Positions 50,558-60,484 are shown, counted from the stretch's first letter. The stretch is DNA of 64,000 nucleotides from an uncultured Thermococci archaeon (GCA_964549615.1 CAZJVP010000099.1:64001-128000); one strand, 5' to 3'. The notes: generated by a model not told the origin, from the letters alone. Numbers and translations are program-made.

Positions 50558-50811
50558 CGTTATTCCCCTAGCGGTCGAAGGGGAGATTCCCGTTGAGCGC
50601 TTGTACCCGTACCCGGCCGAGCACGCGTCGAAGACTTGCCCTGCCCGTCCTAGATGCGGTTCGTGGCCATGGATGCCAAGATCGATGAAGAACCGGGCGT
50701 GGTCCGCAGCCGGGTTGGGCCTCGGGTAGGTGCGGATCATGGGTGAGGAGAAGGAGGTCTTGCCGTTTGATCGGGACGCGACTAAGCTCAGGAAGATCTC
50801 AGGGGACGGGC

Positions 50812-51594
50812 ATGGCCGGAGAACCTTGTGAACTGGAGCGGCACAGGCAGACGAAGGAGACCTTCAGGCACCGATACGAGGTTGCATACGCGTCGGGATC
50901 GACGTACGCGGGGTTGGCACAAAGATGGCGCGAGGTCGTCGAGTTCCCGCTGGTATCGTCCGCGACCCCCCCGGGGCTTGTCCTTGACGCGGGTTGTGGC
51001 GACTGCACGTTGACCAGGTTCCTCTGCACCCCCTCAAGACGGATCATCGGACTCGACTTCTCATGCCATGCCCTGCAGGCCGCAAGGAAGTGGTTTCACG
51101 GCGCCAGCGATGAGACGATTCCGGAGCTGATGAGAGGGGATATCGATCGACTACCCTTCAGAGATGGTTGTTTTGACGGAACGGTCTGCGTCGGAACCCT
51201 GGAGTACTTTTCTGACCTGCGAGCGGTCCTCGCTGAGCTGGGAAGGGTCTCCAGAAGGGGCGCACGCTTGGTATTCACCGTGAGAAACAGGAGACGCGTG
51301 ATAGGGGCAACCCGCCACGGAGTTGAGAGTCCAGGGAACGTCTCCCCTTTGTTTGCCTTCCACGATGTAAAACAGGTGAAAAAGGCCGTGGAAGAGGCAG
51401 GAGGGCGGAATCCGAGGATCTTGCCGTACTTCGCCATCTCTCCGGCAGGCTTGGCAGGGCTCCTCGCCGCTTTGCCCGGCCCCCTGCAAAGAGCGGGATT
51501 CCGGGTCTTGTGCCTGCTGGAGAGGATGGCGACAGCTACCCGTGCCGGGTTGCTCATCTCGAGGGTGCTCCTCGTCTCCTACACCGTGACCTGA
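50812..51594 (+). CDS. Class I SAM-dependent methyltransferase
   Basis: VLDAGCGD, GLDFS, GDIDRLPFRDGCFD, LAELGRV. Confidence 0.88.
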   Translation: MAGEPCELERHRQTKETFRHRYEVAYASGSTYAGLAQRWREVVEFPLVSSATPPGLVLDAGCGDCTLTRFLCTPSRRIIGLDFSCHALQAARKWFHGASDETIPELMRGDIDRLPFRDGCFDGTVCVGTLEYFSDLRAVLAELGRVSRRGARLVFTVRNRRRVIGATRHGVESPGNVSPLFAFHDVKQVKKAVEEAGGRNPRILPYFAISPAGLAGLLAALPGPLQRAGFRVLCLLERMATATRAGLLISRVLLVSYTVT

Positions 51595-51668
51595 CCCGCA
51601 TCGTCCGCCTGGAACACCCTCGCCGTAGAAGACCGATCCCCGACGAACGCGTAGCCCATCCCGACCGA

Positions 51669-53534
51669 TCACTTTGGCACCGGTCGACCGGGCCTATCGC
51701 CGAACGTGACGCGGAGCCAGATCTCCAGATTTACGAGCGTCCCGATGAGCTCCCAGTTCCGAGGGATGTCGGAGAAAAGCGAAAGCACGCCGTCCCGATC
51801 CAGAAGCCCAGATGCCATCAGCCTGCCTCCAAGCACCATCTCCTCGGCGAAAGCACGGAGCCCGTTTGCATACCATCGCATTAGAGGTGCGTAGAAACCG
51901 CTCTTGCCCCGCACCACCAGCCGCATAGAAAAGCCCTCTTTTTCCATCAATCTCCTGAGGAAATCCTTCGTACGTGGCCTCTCGTAGAATGCGGCTGGCT
52001 CCCTCTCTAGAACCGGCTCGCACACCCGTCTATCCATGAAGGGGTAGGTTGGGACGACGGACGCAGACCGATGCCAGTTCCACAGCGCCCTGAACCTAGA
52101 TGGGTCCGACTTGGTGAAGCTCGTGAACCTGTAGGCGTTGAAAGGGCCTAGCCTGTACGCCCTGTCAAGCTCGCTTCGAAGGACGGCCATGGCTTTCGCC
52201 CATGCGGAATCTGGCACTAGGCTCGTCGATATCACTGCGCGCGCCTTCCTAGAGGAGCGGTCGAGTCTCTTCCGGGGCAGGAAGGTCGGAAGAACTCCCT
52301 GGATGAGAATCCTGAGCAGGTGCCGAAAGGCGGCCCGTCGGGGGGTTGTCGAGGGATCGAGATACCTTGCCAAGCAGTGCCTAAGCAGCCTGAGGCCCGA
52401 GGCAGTGACCCGCCCCTGGTATACGAGCGAATATAGCGTATCGGCCGCCAACGCTTCCAAGAGCGACGGGCGGCCCCCAAAGGACCCGTCTGCCCCATCC
52501 CCGCTGAAGACGTGCTTCGTCCCCTGCTCGGAGGCATGCAAGGCAGCGCAGTAGTAGGGCAGCCCTCCGTCTCCTTTTGCGCTTTCCTCGGCCACCCTTA
52601 TGCACTTCTCAAGAAGCCTCGGAAACGCCTCCAACGAGAGCGGCCGACCCGCCTTGTGGACTGAGCCGATTCGCTCGCTCGCAAGACGAGCGTATGGTTC
52701 CTCATCCCAACCTCTCTCGTCGATGCCCAAGGACAGGGTCACGAGCCGGGGTTCGGTCTCGGTCTCGCGGGCCAGCTCTGATACCAGACAGCTCACCAGA
52801 CTCGAGTCGGTCCCCCCGCTGAGGTAGGAGTAGAACGGTGGCTCAAGACCCGTCATCCTTTGAGCTACAGACTCTCGGAGACGTTGCCGGAACTCGTCTT
52901 GCGATAGGGCTTCTGTTCTTCTGCGCCGAAGTACCTTCTCTGCGTCCCAGTACACGCACTCCGTGAGCCCCTGCTCGTCGATCTGGATGTAGTGACCTGG
53001 CCTCGCCTTCCTCACAGGCCTCAGCAGTGTCCGAGACGAGCCAATCTTGCCATCGACCAGGAGTTCAAGGAGGCCAGTCTCGTCGTAGTCCGGCTCGGTG
53101 TCAAGCTGCGCCAAAGACCGGAAGGAAGAGGAGAACACCAGAGCGCTGTTGACCATCCTGTAGTACAGCGGCCGACCGCCGAAGTGATCTCTAGCCAAGA
53201 TAGCGCGTGTCTGTCCAGGATGGTATATGACGGCCAGGAATTCGCCGTTGAGACCCTGGAGGACGCTAGGACCGATCTGGCCGTAGAGCCTGCCAATCCC
53301 TGCGGCACTTCCTCCCTCCAGAGGGGGAAACAGCCTACCCGACAGGGCAACGAACACGTCTGAAGTCGATAACCATTCGAGCCTCTCCGCTAGGCTTTCA
53401 TAACCTCGGATCTCGAAAGGGCCCGAGCAGTAGACATGATCCGGCTCGCCTAGATCGATGTTTCCTGCGACCGCATCGATCAGGGATGTCGGGCTGCCTT
53501 CGCCCCTCGAGTAGCCGCCCACCAGGGTGCTCAT
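51669..53534 (-). CDS. AsnB-like amide synthetase 3 (Ser at nucleophile position)
   Basis: MSTLVGGY start, LNGEF, ARDHFGGRPLYY, LSGGTDSS, SGDGADGSFGG, YPFMD, KSGF. Confidence 0.85.
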   Translation of the reverse strand: MSTLVGGYSRGEGSPTSLIDAVAGNIDLGEPDHVYCSGPFEIRGYESLAERLEWLSTSDVFVALSGRLFPPLEGGSAAGIGRLYGQIGPSVLQGLNGEFLAVIYHPGQTRAILARDHFGGRPLYYRMVNSALVFSSSFRSLAQLDTEPDYDETGLLELLVDGKIGSSRTLLRPVRKARPGHYIQIDEQGLTECVYWDAEKVLRRRRTEALSQDEFRQRLRESVAQRMTGLEPPFYSYLSGGTDSSLVSCLVSELARETETEPRLVTLSLGIDERGWDEEPYARLASERIGSVHKAGRPLSLEAFPRLLEKCIRVAEESAKGDGGLPYYCAALHASEQGTKHVFSGDGADGSFGGRPSLLEALAADTLYSLVYQGRVTASGLRLLRHCLARYLDPSTTPRRAAFRHLLRILIQGVLPTFLPRKRLDRSSRKARAVISTSLVPDSAWAKAMAVLRSELDRAYRLGPFNAYRFTSFTKSDPSRFRALWNWHRSASVVPTYPFMDRRVCEPVLEREPAAFYERPRTKDFLRRLMEKEGFSMRLVVRGKSGFYAPLMRWYANGLRAFAEEMVLGGRLMASGLLDRDGVLSLFSDIPRNWELIGTLVNLEIWLRVTFGDRPGRPVPK

Positions 53535-53879
53535 TGGACTAGTCGAGGACCCGGCACGGATAAAGCTTTGGCAATCCCGGTCCCGGCTCGATTGGTCGAG
53601 GTTTCCCGCGGGCAACTCGATCGACGTCTGCCCGGTAAATCCACGTCCCAACCCGACCTAACGTCTAAAGCCAGGGTAGCCAAAGATGACCGTGTGGCAA
53701 CAGGCTCGAATGGAAGCAAGCGCCCACGATAGCCACGGCGAAGTCATTTTCCCGGTCGCGAGATGCGATCGTCAAGGAGCGACCGCGAGGACACCAAGAA
53801 GAGTTCTCATAGAAGCCATCCCATGGAATCATCAGGGCCTTCTTTCCGGGGTCAGCTGTCGTAACGTGGGAGATGCGAC

Positions 53880-54179
53880 GTGTCGCACGACCTGAACGTT
53901 ACCTTCCTGAACCTGCCATATCCCCGGGGATTTCGGGTACACCGGCAATATGCAGGGGGCTTCGGCACGGTCGAACACCTAGAACCGGGTGGTCAGACCG
54001 GCTCGACGCTGATGCCTCGCATATTCTCGGCCCAGGCAGCTGCAATCGCTGAGGGGATGGAACATCGCACCTTCGTCATCGACGCGCTCTGCACCACGCA
54101 CGTGAACCCGGTCGAACTCCCGGTTCCTAGAGATGCGAATGCCCAGCGGGACCGCATCGGACACATGAGATTGCAATGA
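53880..54179 (+). pseudogene. N-terminal relic of a B12-binding radical SAM protein
   Basis: VTFLNLP..RQYAGGFG..MPRIFSAQAAAI..FVIDA resembles the start of cobalamin-binding domains; no catalytic domain follows. Confidence 0.5.
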
Positions 54180-54237
54180 ATACCACGGGATCATTCGGAA
54201 AGGTTCCGGTCTTCCCGGCCCTGGATTCCCCAACCTT

Positions 54238-54247
54238 CTTTATAAAG
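54238..54247 (+). promoter_or_regulatory. Strong TATA box CTTTATAAAG
   Basis: Consensus-like archaeal TATA about 60 nt upstream of the large surface-protein gene. Confidence 0.55.
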
Positions 54248-54306
54248 GCCAGACGGCCCCTCATCATCGGGGCCGCAAGGAGAACCGACCACCGGGGAAG
54301 AATCGA

Positions 54307-56943
54307 ATGTCAAGAGGTCTTGCAAGCGGACTGCTGATTAGGGAGGCAGCCGTTCCACTTACGTCATCCATCCTCTTGTGTTTGCTGTCGGCCATATCCC
54401 TGAACCAGGCATCAGCACTGCCTGCAGGTTTCCAGGAGTTCTACCTGCCGCTGCCTGCCGATCTGACCCAGGACGTCTTCCAATCAATCCACGGCTGGAA
54501 CCAGCCCAGGGAACTCATGCACTACCTCGTCGCCGTCACGGCGAGCGGCGACAATACCGTCGTCTATTACGACCACTGGGAAGTCGACGGCTTGGAGGGC
54601 CCGGGGGCCGCTGGGTACGATGAGGTCGTCCATCTTAACAAGGGAGAAACCCACGTCTTTGAGAGCGCCAACATACCCTCCGACTTCCGCGGCGCAGCCA
54701 CGTACTACGATGGGGGCGACAGGATCTACGTTGCCGGGGGCCTACTGCAGGTTGTTGTGTCAACATGGGCCGAGGCTCTGGGCACCGTCTTCACGGATGC
54801 GTGGGAGATCTACCCCGTCCAGGCGTGGGGCACCAGCTACGCCGTACCGGTGGGTCAGGATCTTGGGCAGTGGCCGCATAACTACGATGATTTCGATGCT
54901 GTATACATCCTGGTCATGTCTGCGACCGACGGAAACCAAGTCACCATCGACGGCGCCACGACAACCTTGAGCCGGGGGCAGAGCGTAGCTTACAGCGTCC
55001 CGAAGGCAGGCACCTGGGTGACCTCCACCCACCCAGTCCAGGTCCAGCTCGTGACCGGGCAGCCGGGCAGCGCCTACGAGATGCGGGGATATACCATCAC
55101 TCCCTATGAGTACTGGGGTTCAAGCTACTACGCCGCCGTCCCGAGCTGGCCCCCAAGCTCTGACGGTAATCCCCTCACCGCCCACGCCCCCTACACCGAT
55201 ATCTTCCTCTACAACCCGAACCCCTTCTTGATCACCATAACCTGGCAGGACCTGTCGGGCTGCGGCACCATCTACCTGGAACCGGGTGAAACCAGATCCT
55301 TCCAAGCCTCGACCTGGCACCACGTTCCGACAAACTCCGGCGTCTACCTGAGCTCCTCACACAAGTTCTGGGGCATCGCCTCATGCGACACCGAATCATT
55401 CATCTGGGACTGGGGATACTCGCTCATACCGGAAGCGCTGCTGGGGACGGACAACTACGTCGGTTGGGCGCCGGGAACCCGCACGCTCAGCGACAACGGC
55501 TCCCCCGTGTACATAATGGCGACGAGCGATCATACGACCATCTTCATTGACTACTCGCCAAACGATGGCATCTTCGACAGGGTGATAAGCGACCTCGACA
55601 GGCTGCACACGATCGAGGTCTACGACCCGGACATGGACAATACGGGCATGCACATCGTCAGCACGGCACCGGTGGCGGTCGTCTGGGGCGAAAGCCCCAT
55701 ATCGGCAGGCGCGGGGGACCCGTACCTCGACATGGGGTATGCGTGTCTTCCGCTCCCGATCGAATGGGTAGACCTCGCGCTGGAAATCGACAAGTCAGCG
55801 GAGCCGGGCGTAATCCGCCCTGGCGAAGCGGCCAACTTCAGGATCATGATAAGGGTCCCGAGCTACGCGGGCTCTCCCGTGACGGGCATAGGCCTCGTCG
55901 ACGCCCTTCCTTCCGGCTGGCTTTACCTTGCAGGCAGCGGATCTCCCACTGATCCAACTGTCACCGGGGATCCCGCCGACGGATGCGTCCTAGCTTGGGA
56001 CCTTCAACGGGACCTTTGCCCGGGCCAGTCCCTGACGGTCACGTTCAAAGCCGTCGCCACCCCATCCGCGGACACAACCAAGCCGAACAGGAACGTTGCC
56101 ACCGTAACGGGGCGGTCCCTGGGAGTGACGCTGGCGGCAGACGACGACGCTTTCGTCCAGGTCGTTGCCGCCCACAACCCAGCCATCCTCGTTACGAAGA
56201 CTGGCCCGAGCACCGCCAGGATCGGAGACACGGTCACCTACACCATCACGGTCCAACACGACCCCTCATCCGACAACTCCCCGGTGCATGATTTGAAGAT
56301 CACCGACAGCTTGACCGAATCGGTCACATTCGTCAGCGGGGACGACGGAGACGGAGTGCTCGATTACCCGGAGATCTGGACGTACATAGCGACCTACACA
56401 GTTCTTCCAACCGACCCCGACCCACTGCTCAACATCGCCACGGCGGAAGGATTAGACCTTGACGGCGATATCGTATCCGACACCGACACCCACAACGGCG
56501 CGGATCTTGAGTTCGCCCCAGCCATCCTCGTTACGAAGACTGGCCCGAGCACCGCCAGGATCGGAGACACGGTCACCTACACCATCACGGTCCAACACGA
56601 CCCCTCATCCGATGGTTCCGACGTAACCAACGTTTCGGTGACGGATGACATCGCTGGGCCGGCTCTTTACCTGAGCGGCGACGACGGCGACGGGATCCTT
56701 GAGCCCGGCGAGGTTTGGGTATTCGCGGTAGAGTATGCGATTCCCGCCGATGCTCCGAACCCATTGCGGAATACGGCCACCTGCTCTGGCATCGACAAGG
56801 ACGGTGAAATGGTCTTCGGCCACGACGACCACAGCGTTCTAGTCCAGAGCGGTGTGGATCCGCCTTCGGTACCCGTCTTCCCGGCCGCGGCAATCGCGGT
56901 GGCGATGCTCGGCCTGTGCGTGCTTTCGAGGAGGAAGAGCTGA
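54307..56943 (+). CDS. Cell-surface protein with DUF11-like Ig repeats and C-terminal sorting/anchor signal
   Basis: Signal peptide; beta-rich N-terminal domain; three repeats (LEIDKSA.., ILVTKTGP..GDTVTYTITV twice) with DDGDGxL calcium-type loops; ends VPVFPAAAIAVAMLGLCVLSRRKS. Confidence 0.85.
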   Translation: MSRGLASGLLIREAAVPLTSSILLCLLSAISLNQASALPAGFQEFYLPLPADLTQDVFQSIHGWNQPRELMHYLVAVTASGDNTVVYYDHWEVDGLEGPGAAGYDEVVHLNKGETHVFESANIPSDFRGAATYYDGGDRIYVAGGLLQVVVSTWAEALGTVFTDAWEIYPVQAWGTSYAVPVGQDLGQWPHNYDDFDAVYILVMSATDGNQVTIDGATTTLSRGQSVAYSVPKAGTWVTSTHPVQVQLVTGQPGSAYEMRGYTITPYEYWGSSYYAAVPSWPPSSDGNPLTAHAPYTDIFLYNPNPFLITITWQDLSGCGTIYLEPGETRSFQASTWHHVPTNSGVYLSSSHKFWGIASCDTESFIWDWGYSLIPEALLGTDNYVGWAPGTRTLSDNGSPVYIMATSDHTTIFIDYSPNDGIFDRVISDLDRLHTIEVYDPDMDNTGMHIVSTAPVAVVWGESPISAGAGDPYLDMGYACLPLPIEWVDLALEIDKSAEPGVIRPGEAANFRIMIRVPSYAGSPVTGIGLVDALPSGWLYLAGSGSPTDPTVTGDPADGCVLAWDLQRDLCPGQSLTVTFKAVATPSADTTKPNRNVATVTGRSLGVTLAADDDAFVQVVAAHNPAILVTKTGPSTARIGDTVTYTITVQHDPSSDNSPVHDLKITDSLTESVTFVSGDDGDGVLDYPEIWTYIATYTVLPTDPDPLLNIATAEGLDLDGDIVSDTDTHNGADLEFAPAILVTKTGPSTARIGDTVTYTITVQHDPSSDGSDVTNVSVTDDIAGPALYLSGDDGDGILEPGEVWVFAVEYAIPADAPNPLRNTATCSGIDKDGEMVFGHDDHSVLVQSGVDPPSVPVFPAAAIAVAMLGLCVLSRRKS
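56178..56612 (+). repeat. Perfect 96-bp intragenic direct repeat (56178-56273 and 56517-56612)
   Basis: Identical nucleotide copies encoding PAILVTKTGPSTARIGDTVTYTITVQHDPSSD. Confidence 0.92.
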
Positions 56944-57113
56944 GAGGGCGTCTTCCCCTCGCGCTAGACCTTCGTTCCGAATGCACCCGGCCTCAGGTAG
57001 ATGGCTTTCGACGGCCCGGAAGACGTTGCTGTGAACCAAGGGGCCCGCATTCACAGACGCCAGCGAAAGAGATAAGTAATCGAATGGCAAACTATCAGCT
57101 GCGAGCTAACAAT

Positions 57114-57851
57114 ATGGAGTGGCCTCCCAGATGGCTCGGTACGGCCTACGCCAGGCTTTACGAAAAGTTCGGCGAGGAGACCTTTAGGCTCGCCGACGCT
57201 AGGGAAAGCCTGGGCCCTGCCTCCAACGCGAGGGCGATCCTGCCCAGCCTGGTGAAGGCTGGCTGGGCCCTGAGGACCGATCACGGGCGATACATGCTCC
57301 TTGACCCCATGCTTGCCGTCTCCACCCTTCAGGAGAAGCCGCTGCAGGAGAGGATCCCGAACACGGACTACCTGCCGGTCGTCGCCAGCTTCGCGTCCTC
57401 GGCCCTTAGAAGGATGGGGAGAGACCTCGTCTCATTGGCGCTCTACGGATCCGTGGCCGCGGGCCGGCCATCGCGGACCAGCGACCTGGACATCCTCCTA
57501 GTTGCAAATGCCTTGCCCTCCCCCTACTCACGTCGGGCCCCTATCGTGGCCGAACTGATCCGGCAGACCGAGAGGGCCCGGATGGAGCTGTGGCGGAGAA
57601 AGGGGCTTTACCCGGATCTCGACGTCATCGCGCTGACCCCGGAAGAGGCCTCCGTCGGCCAGCCCATATACCTAGAGATGCTTGAGTCCTGCATATTCGT
57701 GCTGGACAGGAAAGGATTCCTCAAGGACACGCTGCGGGCATTCGCGGGCGAGCTGGCCCAAAGCGGAGCACGCAAGGTACAGACCCCAGGGGGCCTAACC
57801 TACTGGATGCTTGAGCCCGGCTCAAAGGCCGGGGAGGCGACCAAGACATGA
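57114..57851 (+). CDS. wHTH-fused MNT antitoxin 2
   Basis: WLGTAYARLY..FRLADA..LVKAGWALRTDHGRY; LYGSVAAGRPSRTSDLDILLV. Confidence 0.87.
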   Translation: MEWPPRWLGTAYARLYEKFGEETFRLADARESLGPASNARAILPSLVKAGWALRTDHGRYMLLDPMLAVSTLQEKPLQERIPNTDYLPVVASFASSALRRMGRDLVSLALYGSVAAGRPSRTSDLDILLVANALPSPYSRRAPIVAELIRQTERARMELWRRKGLYPDLDVIALTPEEASVGQPIYLEMLESCIFVLDRKGFLKDTLRAFAGELAQSGARKVQTPGGLTYWMLEPGSKAGEATKT

Positions 57852-58276
57852 AGACAGACCGCCTCGCGAGGTCCTACCTGGACAGGGCCCGGGAGAGGCT
57901 TAGGGCAGCCGAGTCCTCATTCCAGCACGATTCCTACCCGGACGTCGTCAGGTTCACCCAGGAGTGCGTCGAGATGAGCCTTAAGTCCTGCCTGAGGGCG
58001 GTGGGGATTGAACACCCAAAGTCGCACGACGTCGGGGCGTTCCTCCCCTATGCCCGGGATCGCCTGCCGGAATGGTTCAGATCGGAGGCAGACGAGTACC
58101 CCAGGATATCCGCCGAGCTTGCGTCGCTCAGATCGGTTAGCCTCTACGGCATAGAGGCTGACGGGAAAACACCGGGCGAGATGTTTACAAAGCCGGATGC
58201 CGAGAAAGCCCTGGAATGGGCAAGACGGGTCTACTCCTCAGTGGCTAGGCTGATAACCGAGCTCGACCACACCTAA
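57848..58276 (+). CDS. HEPN-domain protein 2
   Basis: YLDRARERL, QECVEMSLKSCL..IEHPKSHDV, RSVSLYG; ATGA overlap. Confidence 0.9.
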   Translation: MKTDRLARSYLDRARERLRAAESSFQHDSYPDVVRFTQECVEMSLKSCLRAVGIEHPKSHDVGAFLPYARDRLPEWFRSEADEYPRISAELASLRSVSLYGIEADGKTPGEMFTKPDAEKALEWARRVYSSVARLITELDHT

Positions 58277-58548
58277 CCATCAATCTCTCGAAAGCGCGTG
58301 CCATCGGGGGCTTTCAACGCTTGGCGAAATACGAGAGGTGCTGGCCAGTCGCGTACGGCGCAGGCCTCCAACCAGCCGGCTGATAGTCGCCGACCGGCCA
58401 CCGCTTTCCAGCGACGCTGCAATCGACACCATCCTTGACGGAACCTGCCTGATCGTGCCGCGAAGCCCATCGCTTTGCGGAGAGGGTCGAACCCTTCTAC
58501 CCCGACCTCAACGCACCGTATGCTTTTTTACGGCCCGGGCGCACACTA

Positions 58549-59766
58549 GTGGGCGTGCGGAGAGGGCTTCTTGTCCTTCTAAGCCTCGTCCTCGCACTCC
58601 CCCACGGGTGCGGCGTGTCCGGTCCCAGGACCGATGGCAACGGCGTGATCCGCCTGCTTCACATCGGCAAGGCATGGTTCTACCCGGGCCACCCAGCCCC
58701 CGTGCTGAGCCAGGACCCGCGCATCAACTACTACCCCGTCCCGGCCCACGCATGGTCGATGGGGCAGGAGGCCTTCCGGTGTCTCCGCATATACCTTCCA
58801 AGAAGCCAGCGCGCGCTCTACGACAACTTCGACGTGGTCATAGAGGACGGCATGGATGCAAGCCACCTGAGGGACGAGTTCCAGAACTGGCTAAAGGAGG
58901 GGGTCTGCAAGGAGGGCATGGGCTTCCTTATGGCCGATGACTCTTCAAGCTTTGCGACCAGCGGCAGCCACACCTCTTGGTACCTGCACCCGATCGGGGA
59001 CATCCTCCCGGTCGACGACAAGCCGGGAATCTTCTACGAGGTGCACGGCTTCCACATAGTCGTTGAGGAGGAGTACCGCGACCATCCCCTAATGCGCAAC
59101 CTTCCATGGCACGAGATAAGGATATGGGCGCACAACCGCCCCTGGGAGAGGGAGGGAGCCATAGTCCTGGCCAGGATGTCGCCTGAGCTGTGGTGCAACC
59201 GCGGCAAGCCCGTGATCGTCTACTGGGACTACGGCGAGGGGAGGTCCGTAGCCTACGTGCACAAGTGGCACGGCACGCCCGATTTCTACCGCTGGAAGTG
59301 GCACATCGATGTGCTGTCGCATCTGATATACTTCCCGGCCCGCGTGCCCATCCCGCAGGAGCTGGAGCTTGTACATGAGATAAGGGCGCTTCTTAACCAG
59401 TTCCACTACAGAAGGACCTACCTGGCCTCGACGATCGATTTTGCTGACAGGTTCGGGGCCAACCTGAGGCATGTGGAGGTGAAGCTTGCCGATCTTGCCG
59501 GCGCCAAGACGGCGCTGGACAGGCAGTATGTGGCCCAGGAATTTGAGGAGTGCCTTTCATGGCTGTCAAGCCTTCTAGCCGAGCTGGAGGCCATGACGGA
59601 TGAGGTCCTGGAGGCCAAGGACAGGGCACTGTTCTGGATCTTCGTGGCAGAATGGCTCGTCGTATCGGGCACCTCGATGGTCGCCGGCTTCCTCTTGTGG
59701 ACCCTGATGGTGAAACGGAGGCTGTACAAGGAGGTAGTGGTCACCAAGCTGACCGAAAAGCTCTGA
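58549..59766 (+). CDS. Membrane-anchored exported protein, possible class I glutamine-amidotransferase-like fold
   Basis: Signal peptide, FDVVIED..GMGFLM..SF..W..PIGDILPV, PVIVYWDYGEGRS, helical stalk, TM and basic tail. Confidence 0.65.
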   Translation: MGVRRGLLVLLSLVLALPHGCGVSGPRTDGNGVIRLLHIGKAWFYPGHPAPVLSQDPRINYYPVPAHAWSMGQEAFRCLRIYLPRSQRALYDNFDVVIEDGMDASHLRDEFQNWLKEGVCKEGMGFLMADDSSSFATSGSHTSWYLHPIGDILPVDDKPGIFYEVHGFHIVVEEEYRDHPLMRNLPWHEIRIWAHNRPWEREGAIVLARMSPELWCNRGKPVIVYWDYGEGRSVAYVHKWHGTPDFYRWKWHIDVLSHLIYFPARVPIPQELELVHEIRALLNQFHYRRTYLASTIDFADRFGANLRHVEVKLADLAGAKTALDRQYVAQEFEECLSWLSSLLAELEAMTDEVLEAKDRALFWIFVAEWLVVSGTSMVAGFLLWTLMVKRRLYKEVVVTKLTEKL

Positions 59767-60099
59767 TCGGAGCCCAGCCCGACACCGCTGGCTTGTCGCC
59801 CAGCCGGTTCCTCGATCGGCAGCCAGCGATGAGAACTCTGCACTCCGCACCGCACGACACCACCGCCGCAAAGCTTATTTCCAGCTCGCGGGCGCTCGTG
59901 ACCTCGGCCATCAAACCCGGTTCGAAGAGAGTCCCCAAGGTCCACGCTACGCCTCGCCGTCCCGCGTATGCTCAGTGAACCTCTACGCCGCCATGACCTC
60001 GCGGAGAACCGCTGCGTAAACCACTTCTTGATGCATGCTGCAAGCCGTGCTGGGACCCTGGATGATTGATCAACCCCAGGGGAATGATTCCAAGCGGGA

Positions 60100-60484
60100 T
60101 CACCATTTTCTCCATTTGAGCCCCGCTATGCGGCTGAAGTGATCCGCATTCCGGCTCCAAAGCTCCTCGCCATGTGCCATGACAATCGCAGCTATCAGAA
60201 CATCCAGGACGTTGACGGGCTTGCCGTCCTGTTCAAGCACCGCCTGCACCTCTCCGGCCTTTGAGGCCGCTGTCATATCCAGATCGAGGATCCCAACAGA
60301 TGCCAGCAGGGAGCTGACCTCCCGCAGCGAGGAATCCGGTCTTTTGGATCGCTGCGCCCCCTAGTAGAGCTCAAAGGCGTTGATCGTCGTCGTCCTAGGA
60401 GACGATACGAAACGAGCAAGATCCGCTGCCTCGGGACTACCCCCGGAGGAGAGCAACCAGAAAATCCGTGTCAAGAACGGTCAC
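60100..60484 (-). pseudogene. vapC: VapC toxin pseudogene
   Basis: VTVLDTDFLVALLRG, then an extra G in a G run, ..TTTINAFELY*GA..DVLIAAI..SRNADHFSRIAGL. One frameshift plus one TAG. Confidence 0.87.

Noticed and set aside
15738-53534. Lasso peptide cluster (Cys-less AsnB resembles lasso cyclase)
   Set aside because: No transglutaminase-like B2 protease, PqqD/RRE protein or plausible precursor seen; the context is glycosylation.
24741-58746. Diversity-generating retroelement template/variable repeat pair
   Set aside because: No reverse transcriptase in the window; only three mismatches, all synonymous; the repeat is at the 5' end of the gene.
39396-60364. Pyrrolysine or amber recoding from in-frame TAGs in two vapC genes
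   Set aside because: Both genes carry independent lesions (Asp-to-His; frameshift), and TAG ends many intact genes here.
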